From: Batkoa obscura
Lineage: Eukaryota
NCBI GenBank assembly: GCA_030770535.1
Contig: JASVEC010000017.1
Coordinates: 682,001 to 746,000, forward strand
DNA length: 64,000 bases
Direction: 5' to 3'
Part shown: one piece after another, positions 25,197 to 37,470 of the stretch
Position numbering within the stretch: the first letter of the stretch is position 1
How the letters are laid out: every line of letters starts with the position of its first letter
Made by a program: the position numbers and the translations under genes
Notes under the pieces: generated by a model
Databases searched by the model: none
Seen by the model: the letters and a program-made list of their open reading frames with translations, nothing else
Told to the model about the DNA's origin: nothing

Positions 25197-26268
25197 ATTG
25201 AAATTGTACTATGTCGATAAGAATATAGACTTATATTTATACTGTTTTAGTCTACTATAATTCATCTATAAATGTTAATTTAAAATTAAAGGTTTTTTTG
25301 TTAGACGAGGAACTTGTATAATAAAATCAATAGTCAATTATGTAAAATTAAAATGTAAATAATAATTATATTACTATTAAATGAATCAAGTGATATTCTA
25401 ATAGAAAGTTTTATTGTCTTATTGTTTTATTTACTTATAAGTAAAATAAAAATAACCATAATTAATCGATTAAAGTATACGCAACACTTTAAACAGTATA
25501 ATAAGATAACATAAACCCTATGTTTTTATGCTACAATCTTTTGAGTGTTAATATCTTTTATTTGAAAGTCTCAACAAAATAAGTTTTCAATAAATATAAT
25601 AAGAACAATATTAAATACAAATATTGTAAGCATGGTTTTTAATTTGAAGGGGTAAAATTAAGGTTGAATAGCACATGTTTAAATGTCAGTTATATATATG
25701 GTATTTAACATTAGCATGGGTATTTTATATTCCCTTTTGAATAAGCATTTATTATATGTGAGGAATTTATTCTTTCACTTATTTAAGTAATTACATTCCA
25801 GTTGCTCTTACTGCAGCTATACAATACCTTAGCTTATATTTTTAAAAATTTATTTGACAAGCTAAACATGCTAAAGTTAAGATAGGATGATACTTAATTG
25901 CCTTCACTGCCAATCTTTAAAAATTCTCCTACTCTAAAAAGCTTTAGTAGAAAAATGGCACAGATCTTTCAATAAAGAGTTTAATTACATTTAACATAGG
26001 GCTAAAAACAGTCAAAAGTAATAGGACCAATTCCAGTAACTAAACTAGTCATCAACTGATACAGCTGTCAATATCTCACATTACCTTCACTATCTTTTCT
26101 TACCATTTTTAGACTCTTTTTAAATACCTTTGTGCTTAAAGAAACCAACCTGTTCTATTGGATGTGAAATCAAGAAAATATAATAAAGCTTTTTTTCTTG
26201 CAATTTTACCAACAATTTGTCTATCATTAATACTATATAAAAAATGAGGCTAAAAAAACATTAGAATA

Positions 26269-26372
26269 CATGGGGATGTATTTTGTGTTTAAGAATTTTA
26301 CTACCAATTTTTCCGTTCAAATAGCGCTTAAAAGATGGAAAAAATGATGAAGCCAAAAAAAACACCCCCATA
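26269..26372 (-). mobile_element. ~105-bp MITE
   Basis: Reverse-orientation copy: TGGGGATGTA...AAAAAAAACACCCCCATA. Confidence 0.85.
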
Positions 26373-26414
26373 TAGAAGTTTATGGAACTTTTATTTTTTA
26401 AATCATCTACTCAA

Positions 26415-27284
26415 GTTTGTTAATTAAATGATTCCAAGGTTTTCTGAAAGAAAACGATCCACCTCCGTAGCAACTTTCAATGGGACTTCTTTAGTCAAAA
26501 TTGTTTATATCCTTTTCCTCTTGTGTTGTCCCTTCAAGAAAAAACAATAAAGTATTCTTTTGGGATTTAAACCAATTTTGTTTTTTTTTCGAAAGAGCTT
26601 GAAACACACAGACTTGGCTTGCGCACCTAAAGGCGTTTTGTGGATCTGTTTGAATAAAGATCAATATAATTTCTTTGTGAACCTACATTGACTGCTGATT
26701 CCCCTTTCTTCAAATGGTTCAAGTTCAGGTGGATGAACTACAAACACAGGTGAGTGTTATGACGTCTGGCTCATAAGGTATTTACTACAAAATTCAAAAC
26801 CAACTCATATAAACCAGAACTAATACTGGAATCCGAATTCTGTGACAACCTTGAAGATAGTGTAGAACACCGTTTCTTTACTTGCCCATCTACCAGCACT
26901 CTTTGATATTGGTGCTATTCTTCCTTAGCAATCGGTCCTCACTGTCTCATTGCAAGTATTTCGGAGGTTCTTTCTATCCTCTCGAATATGGCGAACAACT
27001 TAAAATTAAATACTACGCTTCAGTTCTTCGGATCATTCATAAGGTCCACACCAACCTAACCTTTGGCGCTAATCTACTGATTTCAAAGACACATACCATA
27101 TATATTAAATGGAAGGTAGTATGGGAAGCAGCTTTTTCTCATTTGGTTTCCAAGTTATCAAAGAGTAAAAAGGGCTGTGAGATTCTAGCCAAGTGGTCGT
27201 CTTCCCCACTCCCTTTCATTTAATCTTTTAGCATTTTAAGTTAATAAACCACTTGGGGGTTCAGTCTTTCAAGGATTTTAAAAA
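26415..27284 (+). mobile_element. 5'-truncated L1/Tx1-like LINE
   Basis: zf-RVT-like frame (*RLAHKVFTTK...EFCDNLEDSVEHRFFTCP...*); AATAAA and A-tail; TSD AAATCATCTACTC at 26400 and 27285; TTTTT/AAA target site. Confidence 0.85.
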
Positions 27285-27577
27285 AAATCATCTACTCGAA
27301 TATTGAAATAATTGTATTATTACAGATAAACTATTCAAGGATAGTGACCTTTAACAAATATAAAAAGTAGTAAGAGTTTCTATCTACAACGGAACATTTT
27401 TTACTGTGCAAAATTGGTTTGTTTCAAATTTCAATAGAAAAATTGATATTGAATCAAAAGTTGCTGTTGTAATCAATAGCCACTCTGTTTTTATTAATAA
27501 AGACATCAAAATATCTTTTTTATTTCAACCTATTAACAAATCATCTACTATTAATAACTATAAAACGAGACAGAATA

Positions 27578-27682
27578 TATGAGGGTAATTTTTTTGGTTT
27601 CATCACCTTTTCCATTTTTTAAGCGCTATTTGAGTGGAAAAATTGTTACTATAATCCTTAAACAAAAAAATATATCCCTATA
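27578..27682 (+). mobile_element. ~105-bp MITE
   Basis: TATGAGGGTAATTTTTTT...AAAAAAATATATCCCTATA. Confidence 0.8.
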
Positions 27683-27979
27683 TGTTCTTTGTTTTATTTC
27701 AAATGATAAGTTCATTTTGGTATAATTTTAGTTTTACATATTTGCCTTTAGAATTGATCATATTTCAATAAAGTGTTTATTTTCAACTCTACATTCAAAA
27801 AAATTCAAACGATTTAGCAAATAAAACCTGCTTAATCTCATCTTTGATTGGTATTTTAGATCAACTAAACCAGTTTGTCACTTTTGTCTCACTTTGATCA
27901 AAACAACATTAGCTTTAAAGAATATGGGGAATAAACCAATCAATGGTTAATTTATATTTTTTCTTACTGTCATAAAAAG

Positions 27980-29153
27980 ATGAAGTTGAAATCAATCGGA
28001 CGATTAATTTTTAAACATAATCATATTAGATTAATAAGTACAATGAGTAGACAACAAAATATTGAATTCAATTTGAAACAAGTTAGGCAAACTATAAAGG
28101 ATTTAGATCAACAAAATAAAGTAAACTTATCTTTTTTAGAATCTTATTTCAAATTTAGAATCTAATTTCAATTCTTAATTTCCAATTCCAAAGGTACGTT
28201 TAGTTAATGTCAGTAAAACAAAGCCCATTTCAGATCTACAAATAGCCTATGATTTGGGTGAGCGTCATTTTGGTGAAAGTTATGTAAGTTTCAGTTCATG
28301 TTTATATTTTGAATTTAATTATATCAAATAGTTGAATAATAGAAATTAATATTTATCTAGGTGCAAGAATTAATAGAAAAAAGTGAAAAGGTTAGTATTT
28401 GAATTTTTTATTGAGATAGTAGTGACTGACGAGGATTAATGATTAATGATTGAATCTACTTTAGTTACCAAAAGATATACAGTGGCATTTTATTGGCAGT
28501 TTACAATCCAATAAATGTAAAACTTTGGCAGGTAAGGGAGAAGAGATTAAACTAATTTTGATTCAAAGTTTATTTAGAATACCATTTTAGGAATTCAAAA
28601 TCTATTTGCAATAGAAACAGTAAGTAGCATTAAAACAGCAAGAGCACTAAATACCCATCGAAAAGAGTTGGGCTATGAAAAGTTGAATGTATTTCTACAA
28701 ATTAATACAAGTGGAGAAGAAAGTAAATTGAAACCTAAAGATATTTAATAGATTGTTTTTTAACTAAATTGAATCAAATAGGTAAATCGGGATTATCAGT
28801 AAAATCAGAAGATATATTACCAGTAGTGAAAGTAATTATTGGAGAATGTGATTATTTAAATTTAATTGGTTTAATGACTATTGGTTCCTCAGAAAATTCA
28901 AAATCAGGGGATATTAATCCGGATTTTGAAGTAATTATTTTATATTTGTATCTTTTAAATACTAATACTAAACTATTTATTTATTAAATAATAGTTGTTA
29001 AAGAAGTTGAAGGAAAACATAGATAAGGAATTTGAATTAAGTTTAGAATTATCCATGGGTATGTCAGATGATTATATAATGGCTATTCAACAGGGCTCAA
29101 CGAATGTTAGGGTTGGGTCAACCATCTTTGGAGCAAGGAATTATAACAAATAG
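27980..29153 (+). CDS. PLPBP: Pyridoxal-phosphate homeostasis protein (YggS/PROSC family), 7 exons: 27980-28120, 28194-28283, 28361-28390, 28465-28531, 28591-28722, 28782-28930, 28995-29153
   Basis: GT-AG introns restore [66 protein letters not shown]. Confidence 0.93.
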
Positions 29154-29539
29154 ATAAGAGTGTTTTTTAGATTAAAAGGTTGATTTTGAAATGTTAGATT
29201 TAAATCATATGTTATTATTGTATAGAATATGTAATGTTATTAATTATTTATTTCGATTATTATCTTTGGTATAGTAATTGAAGAATAGTAGTTGAAGAGT
29301 AGCATATAGGCACCATGTTAATTTGAAAGTTATAAAAGATAACTAAAATTGATGTAATTAATGAATAGCTAAATATAATGACAGTTTATTATTTTCGTAT
29401 TTTTTTAAATATATAACTCCAAGTTTTATTATAACTATTGATTTCAAATAAATGTCATGGTTTTTTAATTAGAATAATTTTTATTTTATTTAATATAATA
29501 TAATTAAAACTCTGATACAAATTAAAAGTAACATTGTTT

Positions 29540-30103
29540 ATGCCAACGAATAATTTTATTTCAAACCAATGATTAATTATATTTTGAACTATTATATTAA
29601 AACATCATCAGTATGAACTCCTTATTATAAATATGAATTTAAACTTCTGAATGGAAATACTCCAACTATATCAACTCAATATTCCATTGAATCTCAGAGA
29701 AATAAGAAGGTGATCAAGGGTACTGTGTATTGCTAACCAAACAAACTCAATAAAAAATAGTAATTGATTCTCTTACTGCAATTGATTATAAAGAGAATAG
29801 TTGTTAGTTAGATATATTATTAAAATCGATTTATTGTAAAAAAAGGTTTTCTACTGAATGTGTTTATTGACTTTTGATACCTGCTTTTGGGGAGGTAATG
29901 TTAAACAAGGTAAGATTTGATGTTTTAAACACAAATTAGCTGGTGATTTGTTGACTGCAGAAGGTGAGTAAGTTGAGTTGATAACTGATGATAGTAAACT
30001 AATTATGGATGGTATAAGTTATGATACAGTAACTTATGGAATATATTATATTAAGCAAGACCAAGTTAAAAAACAGGATTTAATGTATAAATTGAATATT
30101 TAA
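29540..30103 (+). pseudogene. Pseudogene copy of the GNAT at 18124..18708 (inverted duplicate)
   Basis: LTAIDYKENSC*LDILLKSIYCKKRFSTECVY*LLIPAF..LNTN* aligns with LTAIDYKESSCNLGLIIESTYFDQKFGTECIYQLLIIAF..LNTN; the 3' flank is also similar. Confidence 0.85.
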
Positions 30104-30585
30104 TGTGATTAGTTTTGGATATAAAGTTATAGTCTTACGTTTAGTTTTGTATTGAGATAAAATAAGGAGTAAAGTTTTTAGAAATGTAGACTTAACTTTT
30201 TAATATAGTTTATAATAGTAGGATAAATACCTTGTATAATTTTAGTAATATAAGGGGTATTAGTAGTAATAGCTAAAGTAGTTACATCTTTAAATTTACT
30301 TTCATAACTATTATTTTGTATAAAAGGAGAAATAGTGAAAAAATCAATAACATTTGAAACTCTATCTCATTTTAAATTTGATGCTATTTTATACCTTTAA
30401 TTGATTAACTTATTTTATATATATATAGTATTCGGGAATGACAATGATAGTATTATAGTTTTTTAAATCATTATTTAAATAAAGAGTTGTTTCTATAGTT
30501 TGTTTTGAGTGTAAATAAATATTGAAATTCATTGAAATAATTAATATATATCACAATAATCCTATTTTATTACAAAAGTAAGATC

Positions 30586-30678
30586 TGAGGATATATATTT
30601 TTAAGAATTCTAACGATTTTTCCACTCAAATAGCGCTTAAAAAATGGAAAAAGTGATGAAACCAAAAAAACACCCTTA
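30586..30678 (-). mobile_element. ~105-bp MITE (slightly deleted)
   Basis: TCCACTCAAATAGCGCTTAAAAAATGGAAAAAGTGATGAAACCAAAAAAACACCCT. Confidence 0.75.
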
Positions 30679-31273
30679 TTTAATGAAATTTACATTTAGT
30701 AACACTATTTTTTATCACCATTACAATTATCGAAATTAATGACAAAGTTTTTTTATGGAAAACGTCAATCTAAATGCTTTATTAATTAAACTAAAATGAT
30801 TAATTATTAATTCAATAAACAGGGATATTCGAATTAGTTTCAGAATTTAGTTAGAAATCAATCCAAATTTTGAGTTTTTAAATTTGCAAGTTCGTAATGT
30901 ATGATTAGTTAAATTTAAAAAACTTAAATTTTTTTATTTAATTTAAAAAACCTATTTTGATCGTTCAACTTTTTTTGAATAATCGGTTTTTTTAGTAATG
31001 TGTTTTATATTATCTTTATTAGATGTTTAATATATATATAATATATAAACATATAGCTATTCAACTTTATTTTTTATTAAAATAAAAACAAAATATAAGC
31101 TTCTATAACTAAACTTCGAAATGGGATTTTTAAAAATTTTAATACGATAGGGAGAAGCACACTATATAAACATTGTAATTCATTTACATCAATTTTGACA
31201 ACTATTCACAATAACCCAGAGTTTATGAAATTCTATAATAAAAATAAAAAAAGGAAAGAAATATTATTATAAT

Positions 31274-31318
31274 TTGAGATGTTTTTTGGTTTCATTGCCT
31301 TTTCTATTTTTTAAGCGC
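31274..31318 (+). mobile_element. Left half of a MITE, ending at the LTR
   Basis: GAGATGTTTTTTGGTTTCATT...TTAAGCGC followed directly by TGTGAAAG. Confidence 0.7.
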
Positions 31319-31782
31319 TGTGAAAGTTGGTACTCAGTGGTAGGAGTTAAAAGCAGTTCTTGGTTGATTAACTTGCCTTGAATCGAATGGTCTTAGTTTA
31401 TATAACTAAGATAGACTTAAATGAATAAGAATAACATGTAATAAGTTACGAACTATGTAAAACAACTATAATAGACAATACTACTGTAAAATCTACGTAA
31501 AATATTGTCAGAAAGACTTAGTGGCTTTATTAATAATACGATATCAGGGAGTAATTCAGTTAAAAAGCCTCGAGTTATCATGTTGAAGAATCTCTTTTAT
31601 ACTCCAACAAGTATGGATATCAAAACGAGAAAATAATATTCCTTGCAATATGAAGTTAGAAATTCTCGCAACAAATCAAAATAAAGGACTCTGACTTGAT
31701 TGTGTTTGAACTTGAGAACACAGCAACTTGAGTGATTGTTGTGTCATAATCAATCCGAGAGCTAATAAACCAATATTTCACA
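31319..31782 (+). mobile_element. Solo LTR-like element (copy 3)
   Basis: TGTGAAAG...AATAAACCAATATTTCACA; flanks GCGC/ATAA, so no TSD. Confidence 0.85.
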
Positions 31783-32383
31783 ATAAAGTTTATTTTAATT
31801 ATTTATTTAAAATGTTAAATTATGATTTAATATATAAAGATATATTTTTTTTATTAAAATGATACTTAAAAAATAATAAAATTAAAAAAATTAAAAAAAG
31901 CACCTTTATATGCAAAAAACTGTTTGATTAATTTAATATTTAGAAAGCTTTTATTTAAAAAGTTTGTAAAAATTAATATACAAGCAGATATAAAAAACTA
32001 TTTCAAATCTCAAGTTTTTATACTGTATATTTAAAAAAAGTTATAAAGTAAATAGTAGTTTAAAAATTAATTTTAATTTTTTGCTAAGCATTATGAAAAA
32101 ACATAATTAATAAACATTTTAGAAATTTTTTATATTAAAAAAATAGTTTGAAGCATTAAATAAAACAAAAAATATTAATCAATTAATTTTAAAAGTTAAG
32201 ATTTTTATTTGGGAGTATAATAAAATTAATAATTTAATTAATAATAATAAAAAACAAATATAATTTTAAAAAAATATAAAAAAATATTTACATTTTATTA
32301 GACACGATAACAAACTATATTATTACCCAGTATCTGATAAATAGAAAAAAAGTAATATAATTTTAGTTAAACTTATAAAGTTT

Positions 32384-32876
32384 TGTGAAATATTGGTTTA
32401 TCAGCTCTCGGATTAATTATAAGATAATCATTTAGCTTGTTTACAAAACTAGTTGTAGTCTCGTAATCAATTTGACCGTGAGCCATGTGGTATAATCAAT
32501 ATAGAGCCCCTTATTTTGATTTGTTGCGAGAATTTCTAACTTCATATTGCAAGGAATATTATTTTCTCGTTTTGATATCCATACTTGTTGGAGTATAAAA
32601 GAGATTCTTCAACATGATAACTCGAGGCTTTTTAACTGAATTACTCCCTGATATCGTATTATTAATAAAGCCACTAAGTCTTTCTGACAATATTTTACGT
32701 AGATTTTACAGTAGTATTGTCTATTATAGTTGTTTTACATAGTTCGTAACTTATTACATGTTATTCTTATTCATTTAAGTCTATCTTAGTTATATAAACT
32801 AAGACCATTCGATTCAAGGCAAGTTAATCAACCAAGAACTGCTTTTAACTCCTACCACTGAGTACCAACTTTCACA
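32384..32876 (-). mobile_element. Solo LTR-like element (copy 4), inverted relative to copy 3
   Basis: TGTGAAATATTGG...AACTTTCACA; 32511..32876 appears identical to the reverse complement of 31319..31684. Confidence 0.85.
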
Positions 32877-33313
32877 CTGGGAAATCTGCTGCTAAAAAAA
32901 ATTTAAAAAATTTAAATTTTAACATGCTTTAAAGTAAGTTGAATATTTATTTAATTAAAAAAATATTTTTTTTAGCTAATATTAATAATGCAAGCAAAAA
33001 TAAAATAATAAATAATAATAAATAATGACAATAATAACAAAACAGTTAAAAATATTAAAAACAGTAATCAAATTAAAATAGGCAAAAAAGTTAAAATAAA
33101 AGCTAATAATTTAATTAAAAAAAGAATAAAAATAAATAGCTTTTATTAAATTTATAAAAATTTAACATATTGTTATAATGTTTATTTGTTATTTTTAGAA
33201 TATTTATTTAGTTTAATAAATTTTATTAAATAAATAAACTAATTGATTTAAATTTAGTCTGTATTATATATTAAGTTTTTTTAAATTTATTAAACTAAAT
33301 ATTTTAGAAATAG

Positions 33314-33381
33314 TATGCAAGGGTGTTTTTTTCAGTTTTGTTATTTTTTATTTCATAAATAAAAACAGACACCTTTGTATA
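33314..33381. mobile_element. Short (~65-bp) MITE-like element with related AGGGTGTTT termini
   Basis: TATGCAAGGGTGTTT...AGACACCTTTGTATA imperfect TIR. Confidence 0.45.
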
Positions 33382-34159
33382 TTAATTTTGATTTTTTTAA
33401 CTTTTACAGGTATTAAAATTTAATTATACAATTTATAGCTGTTTGTTTAAACTTAAAAATTAAAATAAAGCTGACTGAAATTTTTCCTTGTATTCTATAA
33501 AAAGCAGTTTGTAAATTGATTTACTGGTTTTATAAATTTTCTATAATAATTAACTGATAAGTTACTTTTATATTATTAAGTTTAACAATAATAAGTAGTT
33601 TATTGCTTAATTAAAGTGATTTGTTAATTATAGTTAGTAAAAATTAGACCCTGGTCTTAACCCTATACATTAGCATATATGAGCTATTTTATTAAATAAT
33701 TTTCAGCTAATAATTTTAACCTATCAGTGAATTACTTATAAATTTAATTTAAAAATTAAAAATTCTTAAATGTTGGTTTTTATTTAAAGCTATACATTAA
33801 TATTTTTTATTTTAATGTATTTTTAAAAATAGCTTTTGATATTGCCAATACAAGAAAAGGGCACCAACAAAATAATAATCAAACCGGCAACACATTGATT
33901 ATATTTATCCATAAAATAATTTCTTTTTAATGTTATAAATATCAATGCAAGTTGTGGATTTCTTTAAACCACAAATTATTAAAAAACTAGCCAAATAAAT
34001 ATTAGTTGGAAATATTTTGCGGATAACTGCACAATTGAGTTTTAACAGCTGTAGTTACTCATTAACTATTTACACTGAATCTTTTCACTAACAATAGAAT
34101 AATAATTCAAGCATAAAAAGCTACAAAAATAAGAAAATAATATAAAATAAAAACCAAGT

Positions 34160-35108
34160 TTATTTGTAACAAGCCCCACCAAGGCGAATATCCCAATGAG
34201 TAAGGTGGTCTTCGATATTTAAAAATGGTCCAGTAGAAAGTGAACAAGCGTTACCTTCAATTTGAGAAGTACCGTAAATTCTAGCTTGATTATTACTTAA
34301 CCACATTTCAACAAAATGATGATTAAAGGACATAGCACGAAGTGGTATATGAGGTACAACATCTTTATTGCTAGTAACTCTTGTTGATAACAAACTTAAG
34401 GAACTAAACCAATTAGCAAAATCTAAATTTCCTATTCTTGGTTGCCCATAAGTAAAAAGTTGAATATTTTCTCAGGATAGTTGTAAAGATGCTTAGATAT
34501 CAATAACTGCTAGATTGACAATAGCTCCACCTAAAGAGTGACCAGTTGCAACCAATTTAAAGCTGGGATTACTCTTCAATGAATCTTTGATCACTGGTAT
34601 ATAAACGAGACTAAGTGCATCTTTAGCTTGTTCAAAACCAAGATGAGCTTGAACTTTACTGTTACTAGTAAATAAGTCTGTTTTATCAACTTTGACATTT
34701 TGTACCCGATTTTTAATATTTGATGTGCTTCTAAATGAAACAATAATAAACTTGTTAGTGGAATCAAGTTCAACATAACCTTTTGTTTCATATGTGTTTT
34801 TGCTGAACGTTTTAACTACTTTTAAACCACTATAAGCGGAATAATGGCTGCAATTCTAATTGGTTAAGGTAGAACCACCAAAATAAGCAGCACCGGCTAA
34901 TCTTGCAATTTTTCTGGCAGTGGCTTTGTTGGAAATGACCAATATATTTACTTACGAGCTTCTAGTTTACCTCACTGGGATGTCCTTGAAGCTCTTAAGA
35001 ACTTGGTTAAGATTGTCAATCAAACTGTTAAGGAAACCGAAGTACCATTGAGCTTCGCTTCTTGCTGTAACACACTATTAATGGTGGAAAGATAATGTTT
35101 AATTTCAT
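34160..35108 (-). pseudogene. Pseudogene copy of the class 3 lipase
   Basis: Collinear with 24219..25196 over its whole length; GHSLGG kept; Gln>stop near 34493, indels in the N-terminal part, FRGT>FRST; upstream ~550 bp also homologous. Confidence 0.9.
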
Positions 35109-35689
35109 ATTGAAATATGTTTATAGTGATGGAAGTAGCGCCTTATATCTATACTATTTTAGTTCATCATAATATATATATATGTCGATTTGGAATTGGT
35201 TTGTATAAAATACAAATGAGGAACTTCTCCAACAATTCGATAATCAATTATGTAAAGTTAAAAAATTAATGACAAACATCTTGATAGTTAATGGATCAAG
35301 TGATTTTGTAGTTGAAATTTAGTTGTTTTATAAATAAGTAAAATCAACAATGACCATAACTAACCCATTATATTTTATACAATAGCTTAAAATATTATAA
35401 CAACACAATAAAAACATACAATATTATACTATAATTATTTGAGTGTTGATATTTTTTATTTAATTGGATTAAAATATAAGTTCAGGCTAAACATAATAGA
35501 AATAATTTCAAATCCGAATGTTGTAGAAGCACCTTGTAAACTGAAAACATAAATTTAAAGTTGAATGTTACATGTTTTAGTGTTAACCATATATCTGGTA
35601 TTTAATATTCAAGTGGTTATTTTATGTTCACACATTGATAAACTCCTATTAAACGTGAGAAATTGTTCTTTTGATTATTTAAGCAATTA

Positions 35690-35794
35690 TATGGGAGTGT
35701 TTTTTTTGGCTTCATCACTTTTTCCACTTTTCAAGCACTATTTGAGCAGAAAGATTGTTAGTAAGATTCCTAAACAAAAAAATACATCCTCATA
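35690..35794 (+). mobile_element. ~105-bp MITE
   Basis: TATGGGAGTGTTTTTTTT...AAAAAAATACATCCTCATA; absent from the paralogous site near 25790. Confidence 0.85.
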
Positions 35795-36989
35795 TGATTT
35801 AGAAAAAAGACGTTTTGGTATCAGAAAAACTGTATTTTAATACAGTGATAAGCATATATTTAATGGCATTATCATTCTATTAATAAGTTTTATTATTTTT
35901 AATATAATATTTTAAAAATAAGTTTAATTGAAATAAACTCTTCATTTATAATTTATTAATTATTTTCTTCGATTCTTGTTTTATGTTATTAGACGTTTAA
36001 TCAATTTACTTAATTTGTATGATTATTGCTTATTATTACTTCTCTATCTATTGTCTAAACAACTCATTTCATTAATTTAACAAATTGGCTAGTAGTGCTT
36101 ATTTAAATGTTTATAAGTATAAACTGATTAACAAATAAAGGATTTCTTTGGTATCAATGACTAATCAAGCTAATTTTTAGATTTATCCACAAAGTACAAC
36201 CGATGTTTAATAAACTTTAAATAAAATAATTTGGATATAAAGACAATTGAAAGTTTATTTCACCTGAAAGCAAAACCAAAAATAAATCTGTGGCAAAAAA
36301 GCAACTATAATAAACTCAAGATGAACATCTATTGAATCAGTACAGGAATGAAGCTTTATGTTAATTAGCTTTTACTTAAACTTCTACTTAACACATTTAT
36401 ATTTTATAGAAACCTACCTTTTCTAATCACCCTAATTTATTGTATCATGTTAATATACAGCTTTGTCCTAATCAAATATCAACCTGTTCCACCGTCTCTG
36501 CTAGATTTCTAAACACTGGTTCTAACTCCCTTGAATTGAATTACTCCGTTTATTCAAGCATCTAGGAAATATAATTTAACTTCTTATTGCCCTTTTAGTT
36601 TCTATAACATTCAGATATAAGTAAATAATTTTTTCCTAAAAATCAAACACACAATTATAAATACTCGAAGAATCCATTAGTAACTTTAAATTAGTCTTAA
36701 AGCTAGTAGTCACTATATGAAAACATAACACAAAACATCTGATTATTGATTTACGTTTACAATTTGATAAGTAAATTATGTATTGTTAGATTTTAGGATC
36801 TAGATATCAAGTTGATAATAATCGATAGCCCATTTAAACTAGTTTGATTTATAATATCTATATTTATAGCTCCAAACGGTAGTTGATAAACAATACCATT
36901 AAAATCCCAATTCAGTTCATTAAACCCAGACTAGAAGTATTCACACAACGCCATTAAGCACTAATTAAATAACTAAAGCAACCCAAAAA

Positions 36990-37470
36990 AGTTCATTTAA
37001 CCAATATAAGTGAAACGAAGCTAATGTCTAGTCTAAAAATAATGTATGATTTAGGAGAACGAGATCTCAGTAAGAGTTATTTAAATCCTAAAATTTTTAT
37101 TCAATTATATTGAACAATTAAAACGTGTCAACCTAGGCACAAGAGTTAGTGGGAAAGGATGGACAGATGAGTAAAGGATTCTTAACTGAGATAATCAATA
37201 GTGATAACGGAAATATCATTTAATTACCTAAAGGCATTCAATGGCATTTTGTTGATAGTTTGCAATCTAATAAACACATAACATTACTTGTAGTTATTTT
37301 CGAGATATTTTTACTAAGTTTTTTAAGTCTGATTTTGGGCATCCAGAATCTATCTACTATCAAAACAGTATCTAGCATCAAAATATCAGAAGTACTTAGT
37401 GCTGGTCAAAAAGATTTGAGCTATAAAAAAGCAAGTATTTCTTTAATTGAATACAAATGAGAGGAAAATG
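36990..37470 (+). pseudogene. Truncated pseudogene copy of PLPBP (exons 2-5 with decayed introns)
   Basis: VHLTNISETKLMSSLKIMYDLGERDLSKSY, LPKGIQWHFVDSLQSNK, GIQNLSTIKTVSSIK; splice dinucleotides mutated; the PLP-binding Lys of VSK is changed to Glu. Confidence 0.85.
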
